This document shows, one piece after another, positions 1 through 8,723 of a DNA stretch of 64,000 nucleotides (position 1 is the stretch's first letter; each line of letters begins with the position of its first letter). The stretch spans positions 96,001-160,000 of IMG/VR virus record IMGVR_UViG_3300022745_000628; one strand, written 5' to 3'. Below the pieces are notes generated by a model. It was given only the letters and a program-made list of their open reading frames with translations, was not told the origin of the DNA and searched no databases. The stretch comes from a virus. The translations under genes and the position numbers were made by a program.

Positions 1-129
1 TCGCAGCTTACATACGACGCCAATAAACGCGTAAGCCAGCTGGTCACAAAGACTAAAGATAATGCACGTATAATCACAAAAACATTTGTTTACGACGGCA
101 ACCGTATTTCCAAAATCATTACGAGTTAA
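1..129 (+). CDS. 3' end of a gene truncated by the window edge (YD-like beta-hairpin C-terminus)
   Basis: Frame 1 is open from base 1 (SQLTYDANKRVSQLVTKTKDNARIITKTFVYDGNRISKIITS*) to TAA at 127-129, 3 nt before the next ATG. Confidence 0.6.
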   Translation, partial: SQLTYDANKRVSQLVTKTKDNARIITKTFVYDGNRISKIITS

Positions 130-132
130 TTA

Positions 133-1476
133 ATGGGCACACAGATCCTGCAATACCCAATTGCTGAGCCGCTCTCGCCAGATCAGCCGCTAGTGTTAAA
201 AGATGTGCGGCTGTCCGCCAGGCCGATCACTACTGACAACAGCGCGACGTGCACTATTACAGCTGTGCTTGACGGTACTGCTAAGGTAGCAACGCTAGAA
301 CTTCCAGACGAGTACGCGCAATGGCTGTTAACCGGCCGCGGTATTGTCAATATATCGCCAGACGGCACAGTGGTAACATTGCCATACGCCACTGCCGTTA
401 ATATCAACAATGTCAGCAACGCACCTAGGAAATATGCGTTTGGCAGACAAACAATACAAATATATTTACAGTCTGTAACCCCGCTAACGGTTACGCAGCT
501 TTTCACAGTACAGGGGCCCGCGCTCGAGACACAGTTCACCGGTTCCTCGGTGTTCAGCGCTGACACGATTAACGCTGACACGCTAGCTTCCGGAAGCGGT
601 ATAGGAAACCTGACGGTTTTGGCCACGGCGGTAGAGCTGTCAAAAGAGTATTCGACGTCTGCAACCAGTATCACTCTGGTTGGCGCCACGATTGGGTTTG
701 ACAATTCCGGCACTAACTTACAACCGCAGCTAAACCAGGCGTTTGCCGGGCTGACCTGGGTGTTTAAAAATTGCGTATTTACCAGCAAAACACTGTGGAT
801 AGCTTTGAAACCAGGCGGCTCGGTCCGATTTTACAATTGCAATCTTGGAGACGTCCGAATTTGCGGCGGAGACGAGACCAGCTCAGTTTATTTTGATAAC
901 GACTGCTTCGTTACAACAATTGTCGGGGACGGCGAATTTGCAGGCTTGTTGCCGGCCGTGCTAAAAGGAAAGTACGCTATTACCGAGGATCACACGGTAA
1001 CGGATTTTCGCGAAGCTGTCCGAGATATTGTTGGCCTAGCTATTCCGGAAATTAGCAAGGCTATATTGAAAGACTTAGCACGCGGTACAAATTCTGGCGA
1101 TCTGGCAATAGCGCAGGTAGCCGATGCCGTTGACAGTAAAGTACGGCTGGCTTTGCAAACGTTTGAGCCTGGTATGCCAGGCCAGATATTCGGCCCTATC
1201 AATCTTTCTGACGAGATTAATGCAAATCTTCAGACCGCGTTGCGCGGCGTGCTTAACTCTTTGCCGGAAGCGCTAAACCTCAAAGACATGATTTTCAATG
1301 AGATATTGACTGGAAAATACAACCTGCCGAATTCATTGGGTTGGTATTTACAGCAAATTTACGAGGTTTTGGGAACGCAGCCTGACGCTCTTAAAACATT
1401 GCTTGAAGACAGCAGCACTGATATCGCCAAACAATCGCATTTAACGGCAATGTTGGCGTTAATGCATAGGCGGTAA
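133..1476 (+). CDS. hypothetical protein, probably virion-associated
   Basis: 447-aa ORF directly upstream of the tail fibre. It has a beta-rich N-half, a beta-helix-like stretch (FKNCVF...FYNCNLG...FDNDCFV) and a helical C-half. No family recognised. Confidence 0.7.
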   Translation: MGTQILQYPIAEPLSPDQPLVLKDVRLSARPITTDNSATCTITAVLDGTAKVATLELPDEYAQWLLTGRGIVNISPDGTVVTLPYATAVNINNVSNAPRKYAFGRQTIQIYLQSVTPLTVTQLFTVQGPALETQFTGSSVFSADTINADTLASGSGIGNLTVLATAVELSKEYSTSATSITLVGATIGFDNSGTNLQPQLNQAFAGLTWVFKNCVFTSKTLWIALKPGGSVRFYNCNLGDVRICGGDETSSVYFDNDCFVTTIVGDGEFAGLLPAVLKGKYAITEDHTVTDFREAVRDIVGLAIPEISKAILKDLARGTNSGDLAIAQVADAVDSKVRLALQTFEPGMPGQIFGPINLSDEINANLQTALRGVLNSLPEALNLKDMIFNEILTGKYNLPNSLGWYLQQIYEVLGTQPDALKTLLEDSSTDIAKQSHLTAMLALMHRR

Positions 1477-1492
1477 TTACATGCACGACTGT

Positions 1493-1530
1493 AGCCTAAA
1501 ATAGAGGTAAGCACCCCTATTTTTGAGGCT
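1493..1530 (+). promoter_or_regulatory. stem-loop covering the ribosome-binding site of the tail fibre gene
   Basis: AGCCT-AAAATAG-AGGT-aagc-ACCC-CTATTTT-tg-AGGCT. The putative SD (GAGG, 1525-1528) lies largely in the 3' arm, just before ATG 1533. Confidence 0.55.
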
Positions 1531-1532
1531 TT

Positions 1533-4500
1533 ATGTCGTCACAAGCATTTTTTCAGAGCAATGCGGATCCTACCAAACGTCTTAATCTAGATGTGGACGG
1601 CATTGCCCATTCGGCTATAAGAACTATCACGGTTCCGGATCGTAGCTTATCTATTGGTGTAGCTGCGGACGTCTATATTACCGCGATATCCGGCATGACG
1701 TCTGGAAACGTCCAAGCTGCGCTGAACGAGCTCTACACTGCAATTTCCAGCATAAATCCAGATGTGCAGTGGGACGATATTCTAAACAAACCGACTACAT
1801 TTCCACCGTCTGCGCACAGCCACGCTACAGACGGATGGTTTACCACGATATTATCTGCGAAAGCCGATTTGATAACCGGCGTAGTTCCAGCAGCACAATC
1901 CCAGCCAAGCTCCATCTCGTTTAATACCGATACTGGCGAATTAACGCTGACAGACGCTACCGGCGCGGATACTGTCGTGGATCTAAGCATCGGCACCAGT
2001 GATACTACGTCATTCGCAATTGTTCAAACCAATGAAGTAGACATATTTGACCCTACTGCCAATCAGTATGTTCCGATTACGGTAGATAACGGGGAACTGC
2101 TGTTAAACGGCGACCCTATGGTAAACACGGCGACCTCTTACAGCGATCCTAGCTGGTTGACCGCGCTGTCGTACACCAAGCTGACAGATTCAGATACGTG
2201 GACGTTATCGTACGACGCGAGCACTGATACGCTGTCTTTAACCGACCCTAACAGCCTTTCGTATACAACCAGTCTAGGTCTTGGACACAGTTCTATAGCT
2301 AGGTTCGAAAGCCTGGATTTATACGACGATGTTCGGGGAGCTTATGGCAATCTGTACATCGAAGACGGAGTCATTCGGCTTCACTACACTTTAGATAGTT
2401 TTGTATTTATAGATCAGGTGTCTATACACTCCCAGTACGTATCGTATAACGATTCGCAAACAATCCCGACGCTAAATCAAACGTTAGCTCGGGCGAATAT
2501 TAATGCAGAAGCGGCTATTACTGCTGGTACGACCTCGCAGTATTGGCGCGGAGATAAGTCTTGGCAAACGCTCGATACAAGTGTAGTCCCTGAAAACGGG
2601 AACCTATATGCCACGAATGCGAGATCAATTGCAGCGACGCTCACCGGCTACACGAGCGGGGCTGGAACTGTTGCGTCCACCGATTCGATCTTACAGGCGA
2701 TTCAAAAACTCAACGGCAATGATGCGTTGAAGGAACCGTCGATAACAGCTGGGACTACTGCCCAATACTGGCGAGGTGACAAATCCTGGCAAACGCTAAA
2801 TCAAGCTGCGGTCGCAGGGCTGACTACCGCGGATAGTCCGACGTTTGCGGGCTTGACGATCAGCGGAACGACTCCAACGATCAATCTCGGGGCAAGTAAT
2901 TACCTTAAAGTCCAGAGCAATAGTCTGTACTTTAATAATGGGAACGGCGATCAAGGGGTTGTCCTAGATGGGCCACTGTCGCAAGGGACTTATTCGATCT
3001 CTCCTTACGCGATGCTCTTACCGTCGCAGAGATGGGCACCATTCGGCGCATCAGCACGCGAGATTCGAATGGTGGGCGATGCGGTCTACGCCACTGGCAA
3101 CAGTTTAGCGGTAAACGAGCTGATCAACTCAGGTGGCTCGTATGCAAATCCATCTTGGGTGACTTCGCTTGCATGGTCAAAGATCACAAGCACTCCAACA
3201 ACTGTCGCAGGATACGGCATCACTGATGTCATCAATTCAACGCTGACAGGTTATACGAGCGGGGCTGGGACAGTCGCGTCAACGGATTCGATTCTGCAAG
3301 CGATCCAGAAGCTCAATGGCAATGATGCGTTGAAGGTAACGCTTAATGGTGCACTTGGTACACCGACATCAGGCACACTGACGAACTGTACTGGCTTGCC
3401 AATATCGACCGGTGTTAGCGGGCTAGGAACCGGCGTAGCAACAGCACTAGGTGTCAATGTTGGTAGCGCTGGAGCATTTGTTACATTCAATGGAGCACTC
3501 GGCACGCCTTCAAGCGGCACTGTCACGAATTTAACCGGCACAGCATCGATCAACATTAACGGCACTGTTGGCGCGACGACGGCGAATACTGGGGCGTTCA
3601 CGACTCTATCGGCAACGGATGCGGTCACGAATGCAGTTGGTACGATAACCACGTCGAAACCGTTTACGATTTCTCAAACGTGGAATGCAAGCGGTACTAC
3701 GTTCGCAGGGCTACTTATCGATGTAACTAAGACAGCTGCTGCCGCCGGGTCGTACCCATTTAATCTTAAATACAACAGCACGAATTACGTTTATTTCGAT
3801 CCGGCGACTACCTATTTGAACTGCATGGGTGGATTGCAAACGGGCAGCGGGACTACAAGTAACGTGATTGTGCTCGGGAGTCAAATACTCATTGGATCGT
3901 CATCCACACTGACATTTTACAACGCTAGCGGAACATTCACGCTAGCGAGGGATGCCGCTGATAACATACTAGCGCAGAAAAACGGCACAACCGCCCAAAC
4001 ATCTCGACTATACGGCACCTATACGGATGCTAGTAACTACGTTCGATCGTCACTAGCCACAACATCAACGACGATTACATGGGCTGCGGAATCGGCTGGA
4101 ACCGGGGCGGCTAATATCGATTTAGCGATAACGCCGAAAGGAACAGGCAAGGTTACCACACCCGGAATAATTAGTGCTTTATCATTTCAAGACACTGGTA
4201 CTGGAACAGGGGACCATATCTTATGTGCTATTCGGCGCGATTCTTCCTACAACTATTTTTTGCTGAATTCTACTGGATTGCGACTTGGAAGTAATGCTTT
4301 AATCAACTTCTATTCTGGGATTAGTACAATCGGGACTACCGATTTAGGTCTATATCGTAATGCTGCTGGGGTGCTCGAAATTAACACCGGCACCTCAGGA
4401 ACGTACCGTGATTTAATTCTACGCAAGATTAATCATTCTGGCGATATTTCTGCGACAGCATGGACTACATCTGGCTTAAGTATTATTCAGACTGCTTCAA

Positions 4501-6269
4501 CGTTTACTGATAGTTCAAGCTCTGGCACCGTAGCACTAGCTTATAGTAACAAGTTCGGTGGAAACACTATAGCCGCAAGTAGTGCCACGACATATACAAA
4601 GTACATAGGGTCATATTTTGTAAATGAAACCGCCGGAACTAATGTTACTTTCACGGATCGTTATTCATTAGGAACGGATAGTTTTTGGGTTAACTCTGGA
4701 ACTATTACTACCTCACAGCCAGTATTACTTAATCAAACATGGAATGCCGGCGCTGTTACCTTTTCTGCGGCAACTATTAACGTTACCGATACTGCTAGCG
4801 CATCAGCATCATTGCTCCAAGATTGGCAGGTTGCCAGCACGTCGAAAGCATCGTTACGCAAGTCGGGCGATTTGTTTGTTGCTGGTATCGACGTGTCGGC
4901 GAACAATGGCAATGTTGCCAACGGTTGGACTAAATCGGGTTCGTTGTTGATAGGACTCGCAGCGAGTGCCGCGTGTATTCATCTCGACGGCAGCAACGGC
5001 GGCATCATCATTCCCAACGCTGCTTATCCAATCAGTCACGGAAACGGAAACGTAAAGGTGTGGGCTCCCAGTTCAGGTGTGTGGGAGCAACGCAATTTAA
5101 CAACCGCCCAAACGTCGCGGCTATACGGCACATATACCGACGCGAGCAACTATCGCCGGTTATCGATTGCATCTACGACAGCCGGGGCATTCACCATTAC
5201 TCCAGAAGGTGCTGGGACCGGGGCTAGCGGGAACACACTTAGTTTTCCTGACACAGTCTATCTGTCAAAAACAAGTGGTAATCTGCTGGCTGCATATGAC
5301 ACAGATGGAACCACTGTACGTACAACTATCAACAGTCAAGGGATATTTACGCGTGGTTTTAAGTGCGGTAACACCTCGTCTACAACACCGGTTTACGATG
5401 CCGCTACTTTTGGAACTAATCTGCAAATTGATGCGGGAACTTTAGGTAGTTATGTTCGTGGCGCGTCCAACACCCTTTTTGGATGGAACTCGACAGCTAA
5501 TAATGCTAATGGGACTGGACTTGATACTGCATTAGCTAGAAATGCTGCCGGCGTTGTTGAAATCAATACGGGAACTGCCGGTACTTACCGCGACCTAATC
5601 TTACGGAAGATTAATCATTCTGGCGCTATCTCGTCAGCAGCTTGGACTACATCTGGCTTAAGCATTATTCAGACTGCCTCCACGTTTACTGATAGTTCAA
5701 GCTCCGGCACGGTTGCAACGGCCTACAGTAATAAGTTCGGCGGAAACACGATTGCAGCCAGCAGCTCGACTACCTTTACAAATTATGTTGGCTCGTATTT
5801 TTCAGTCGAAAGCGCTGGCACAAACGTAACGCTTACAAATAGCTGGGCGTTAGGCGCCGATTCTTTACGAGTCGGCACTAGCAACCAGATGACCGTCACG
5901 GCAGCTGGGGTACTTAGCTGTCTATCGGTATCAGTTACCGGCAAAATAGCGGTTGCGCTTACATCGTTAACAGATGCCGCAACTATTGCAGTAGATGCTA
6001 CAAGCGCTAACAAGTTTACCGTTACGCTAGGCGGCAACCGCACACTAGGCAATCCGACGGGCACATTTGCGGACGGCCAGATCATTACATTCAGAATTAA
6101 ACAAGACGGTACCGGCAGTCGCACACTGGCTTTCGATACCAAGTATTATTTCGGCGCAGATATCCCGTCTGCTACGCTATCTACGGCAGCTAGTACAGTT
6201 GATCGTATATCGTTCGAATATGATTCGAACAGAGACAAGTGGGACTGCATTTCGTTCTTGAAAGGTTAA
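1533..6269 (+). CDS. long tail fibre / receptor-binding protein with internal repeats
   Basis: 1578 aa, very Thr/Gly/Ser/Ala-rich, with several duplicated blocks. The C-terminal domain (ANKFTVTLGGNRTLGNPTG...IKQDGTGSRTLAF) is of a type common at phage fibre ends. Confidence 0.85.
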   Translation: MSSQAFFQSNADPTKRLNLDVDGIAHSAIRTITVPDRSLSIGVAADVYITAISGMTSGNVQAALNELYTAISSINPDVQWDDILNKPTTFPPSAHSHATDGWFTTILSAKADLITGVVPAAQSQPSSISFNTDTGELTLTDATGADTVVDLSIGTSDTTSFAIVQTNEVDIFDPTANQYVPITVDNGELLLNGDPMVNTATSYSDPSWLTALSYTKLTDSDTWTLSYDASTDTLSLTDPNSLSYTTSLGLGHSSIARFESLDLYDDVRGAYGNLYIEDGVIRLHYTLDSFVFIDQVSIHSQYVSYNDSQTIPTLNQTLARANINAEAAITAGTTSQYWRGDKSWQTLDTSVVPENGNLYATNARSIAATLTGYTSGAGTVASTDSILQAIQKLNGNDALKEPSITAGTTAQYWRGDKSWQTLNQAAVAGLTTADSPTFAGLTISGTTPTINLGASNYLKVQSNSLYFNNGNGDQGVVLDGPLSQGTYSISPYAMLLPSQRWAPFGASAREIRMVGDAVYATGNSLAVNELINSGGSYANPSWVTSLAWSKITSTPTTVAGYGITDVINSTLTGYTSGAGTVASTDSILQAIQKLNGNDALKVTLNGALGTPTSGTLTNCTGLPISTGVSGLGTGVATALGVNVGSAGAFVTFNGALGTPSSGTVTNLTGTASININGTVGATTANTGAFTTLSATDAVTNAVGTITTSKPFTISQTWNASGTTFAGLLIDVTKTAAAAGSYPFNLKYNSTNYVYFDPATTYLNCMGGLQTGSGTTSNVIVLGSQILIGSSSTLTFYNASGTFTLARDAADNILAQKNGTTAQTSRLYGTYTDASNYVRSSLATTSTTITWAAESAGTGAANIDLAITPKGTGKVTTPGIISALSFQDTGTGTGDHILCAIRRDSSYNYFLLNSTGLRLGSNALINFYSGISTIGTTDLGLYRNAAGVLEINTGTSGTYRDLILRKINHSGDISATAWTTSGLSIIQTASTFTDSSSSGTVALAYSNKFGGNTIAASSATTYTKYIGSYFVNETAGTNVTFTDRYSLGTDSFWVNSGTITTSQPVLLNQTWNAGAVTFSAATINVTDTASASASLLQDWQVASTSKASLRKSGDLFVAGIDVSANNGNVANGWTKSGSLLIGLAASAACIHLDGSNGGIIIPNAAYPISHGNGNVKVWAPSSGVWEQRNLTTAQTSRLYGTYTDASNYRRLSIASTTAGAFTITPEGAGTGASGNTLSFPDTVYLSKTSGNLLAAYDTDGTTVRTTINSQGIFTRGFKCGNTSSTTPVYDAATFGTNLQIDAGTLGSYVRGASNTLFGWNSTANNANGTGLDTALARNAAGVVEINTGTAGTYRDLILRKINHSGAISSAAWTTSGLSIIQTASTFTDSSSSGTVATAYSNKFGGNTIAASSSTTFTNYVGSYFSVESAGTNVTLTNSWALGADSLRVGTSNQMTVTAAGVLSCLSVSVTGKIAVALTSLTDAATIAVDATSANKFTVTLGGNRTLGNPTGTFADGQIITFRIKQDGTGSRTLAFDTKYYFGADIPSATLSTAASTVDRISFEYDSNRDKWDCISFLKG
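2517..2798 (+). repeat. intragenic repeat ITAGTT(S/A)QYWRGDKSWQTL, copies at 2517-2573 and 2742-2798
   Basis: 18 of 19 residues are identical between the copies. Confidence 0.95.
2637..3335 (+). repeat. intragenic repeat TLTGYTSGAGTVASTDSILQAIQKLNGNDALK, copies at 2637-2732 and 3240-3335
   Basis: 32 of 32 residues are identical; 16 of the 32 codons differ, all synonymously. Confidence 0.95.
3639..5879 (+). repeat. tandem two-unit super-repeat in the distal tail fibre (unit 1 about 3639-4697, unit 2 about 4698-5879)
   Basis: Both units carry GTITTS..QTWNA, TTAQTSRLYGTYTDASNY and RNAAGV.EINTGT.GTYRDLILRKINHSG...SNKFGGNTIAASS in the same order, separated by unrelated segments. Confidence 0.9.
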
Positions 6270-6272
6270 TAA

Positions 6273-6710
6273 ATGGCTAGCCCGATTACCAACACACGCG
6301 GCACGATACAGACGTTGCTTACAACCGAGCTCAATAGCTTGGCTAACAACACTAATGCTATATCTGGATCTGCCATTACGTTTACAAATGCAGGACATTT
6401 ACAAGCTGAAATCGAGTTGGTCGTTACATTCGGTACGGCTCCTACGGCTAACACCTGTTTAACGCTGTGGTTGCTTCGCGAAGTAGACGGCACTAACTAC
6501 GAAGACGGCGGATCATCCGTAACTCCTGGCAGAGCACCGGACGCCTTTTTTCCTTTACGGGCTGTTACCACTGCGCAGCGTATTATTATGCCGATTACCA
6601 ATATGCCGCCCGGCACAGCTTATGTGTTAGTGCGTAACGACGGTACCGGGCAAACTACGGCGGCTAGCGCCAACACAGTCAAAATCCGAACGTTTACCCA
6701 GCAATTCTAA
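6273..6710 (+). CDS. hypothetical beta-rich virion/fibre-associated protein
   Basis: 145-aa ORF between the fibre and the LamG-like gene; its stop overlaps the next start (TAATG). Confidence 0.75.
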   Translation: MASPITNTRGTIQTLLTTELNSLANNTNAISGSAITFTNAGHLQAEIELVVTFGTAPTANTCLTLWLLREVDGTNYEDGGSSVTPGRAPDAFFPLRAVTTAQRIIMPITNMPPGTAYVLVRNDGTGQTTAASANTVKIRTFTQQF

Positions 6711-7462
6711 TGATTTACAACTCGTCGCTGTGGCGAAACTGCATATTGGCTTTTTATGCCAGCGCCTTTGGACCTACCGGCACAAAGGCTTGGGATAACA
6801 GCTACAAACAGCAGCACGGTACTTTTAACGGCTTAGCGCCAGACGTAGCATGGGGTGTGTATCTCGGACGGCAGATGCTCGCCACTCCCGCAGCATCCGC
6901 CCAATTTTGTGACTTCGGCAGTTTTACATTGCCAGCCAGTTTCAGCATCATGGCTTGGTTAAATCCTGTTACTGCGGCGTCGAGCTCTAAAATATACATC
7001 TCTAACGAGAACTCCGCTGGTTCCGCCGGATTTTCTATAGGTATTAACTCGAGCAATAACCTCTATGGCAGAATCGGCACCGGGCTTATGACCGCCAACT
7101 CGGCTGCATCTGCCGGCACGACTTATTGTGTGATTCTTACCGGCGATACCTCTTCCGGAACACCTAGTTTGTACATAAACAACGTTACGCAAAGCGGTAC
7201 ATCCGCGACAGTATCAAGCTACAACGCCGGCGGAAATCTATATTTAGGTAAGCGCCCGACTGGGTTGTCCACACAGCCTGGCGACTCTCGCATATACGAA
7301 TTTCGTATTTACGATCGAATACTTACCGCGCAAGAGATAACCGTATTATCTTCTAACATAGGTATTTCCTACGTAACTCCTCGCCGAGTACAGCCTGGTA
7401 CTGTGGCTGTTGCAGCATCCCGCAAAAATTTCATGAATTTGGGATTCCCTGTTACTTGCTAA
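6710..7462 (+). CDS. LamG / concanavalin A-like lectin domain protein
   Basis: Motifs SFSIMAWLN, FSIGINSSNNLYG, LYINNV, LYLGKR and IYEFRIYDRILTAQEI match the Laminin_G_3 pattern. Confidence 0.8.
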   Translation: MIYNSSLWRNCILAFYASAFGPTGTKAWDNSYKQQHGTFNGLAPDVAWGVYLGRQMLATPAASAQFCDFGSFTLPASFSIMAWLNPVTAASSSKIYISNENSAGSAGFSIGINSSNNLYGRIGTGLMTANSAASAGTTYCVILTGDTSSGTPSLYINNVTQSGTSATVSSYNAGGNLYLGKRPTGLSTQPGDSRIYEFRIYDRILTAQEITVLSSNIGISYVTPRRVQPGTVAVAASRKNFMNLGFPVTC

Positions 7463-7551
7463 AATATAGGGAGTAACTTGCTATATACTGGATGCACGTG
7501 TGTTACCAATGGTAATACTGGTAATTTCAGGACACTGCAGGAGACTTATTT

Positions 7552-7725
7552 ATGTCACAGCAACGTATGACGTCAGAACAAGCGATCAACCTTCTTAATC
7601 AAGCAGTTATGCAAATCAAGGCGACGCGAGAAGAACACATGGTCCTCTCGATCGCGCTTGAAACCTTGAAAGAAGCAGCATCGCCAAAGACGCCAACTGC
7701 GCCGGAATCTGAAGTAAAGAATTAA
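7552..7725 (+). CDS. small helical protein (57 aa), possible fibre assembly chaperone
   Basis: Not in the ORF track. MSQQRMTSEQAINLLNQAVMQIKATREEHMVLSIALETLKEAASPKTPTAPESEVKN*, preceded by an AGGAG SD; it fills the gap before 7732. Confidence 0.7.
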   Translation: MSQQRMTSEQAINLLNQAVMQIKATREEHMVLSIALETLKEAASPKTPTAPESEVKN

Positions 7726-7731
7726 CTGCAT

Positions 7732-8718
7732 ATGCCAGTTGTAGCCACGCCGATAACCGTAACTGCGCCAACAGCTGAGTGCGCAACAAATGCTGCAACT
7801 CCTCCGGGGTGTGCAGTTACGACCGGAACTAGCGCGTGCCGTAGTCAAGGTATCGTACTAACTACGACACCGGTAGACAGCGGCACCGGTAGTTTAGTAC
7901 CGGGGCGTATTCGGTGTGCTTACTTTAATGGCGGAGCGGATAAGACATTTCGTTGGAAAATGCTGGATATGTCCGGCAATTTGTTGGATATGTCTGACTG
8001 CGTTTGTGTAGGCGATTCCAACGAACCGTGCCCTTTCTCGTTCAAGCTTCTGCTTACGGAGTATTTTGGCGGCGATCCTGTAATTGAATTGACTGGGACG
8101 ATAACTGACACAGACACTGGCGAGATCAGTGTAGTGTTCCCAAAAGCCAAATCGCAGCTGGCCGGGATGTTTTTTGCGCAGATGGTCATGTATGAGACAG
8201 TAGACGGCGATCCAAACCCGGTATTAACTAACCATTTCTATTTGGTTATTAACCGAGATTTGCTGCAGAACAACGATTTCGGAATGTTATCGGGACCGCC
8301 GACTATTGCTGAAGTACGGTTATTTTTGCGAGATTCGGGTAACGCTGAATCTTATTTGTTGGACAATTTCAAATTCGACGATGCAGAAATTGCCTTAGCT
8401 ATAATGCTTCCGGTGCAATATTGGAACGAAATTCCACCGCCGGTAAATCGTTTTAACACGATGAATTTTCCATTTCGTTATCACTGGCTGCACGCCATCA
8501 GTGGGCATTTAATGAATATGGTGGCGGAACACCAACGCGCCAACCATCTCGAGTATTCAGCTGGCGGGGTTAGCGTTAATGACAAAAACAAAGAGTTGAA
8601 CTACTCACAAATTGCCCACCTTCGTTTGGAAGAGTACAAGCAATTTGTGCGCGCCAAGAAAATCGAGATCAACATTCGCAGCGGATACGGATCTTTCGGC
8701 TACACCTATAGGCGCTAA
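7732..8718 (+). CDS. putative head-tail connector/neck protein
   Basis: 328 aa with an N-terminal Ig-like/beta domain and a helical C-domain (IAEVRLFLRD...YSAGGVSVND). The call rests on position upstream of the sheath; no definitive motif. Confidence 0.45.
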   Translation: MPVVATPITVTAPTAECATNAATPPGCAVTTGTSACRSQGIVLTTTPVDSGTGSLVPGRIRCAYFNGGADKTFRWKMLDMSGNLLDMSDCVCVGDSNEPCPFSFKLLLTEYFGGDPVIELTGTITDTDTGEISVVFPKAKSQLAGMFFAQMVMYETVDGDPNPVLTNHFYLVINRDLLQNNDFGMLSGPPTIAEVRLFLRDSGNAESYLLDNFKFDDAEIALAIMLPVQYWNEIPPPVNRFNTMNFPFRYHWLHAISGHLMNMVAEHQRANHLEYSAGGVSVNDKNKELNYSQIAHLRLEEYKQFVRAKKIEINIRSGYGSFGYTYRR

Positions 8719-8723
8719 ACCGA

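Noticed and set aside
1533-6269. Diversity-generating retroelement template/variable repeat pair in the fibre
   Set aside because: Differences between copies are synonymous third-position changes rather than adenine-specific, both copies are coding, and no reverse transcriptase is in the window.
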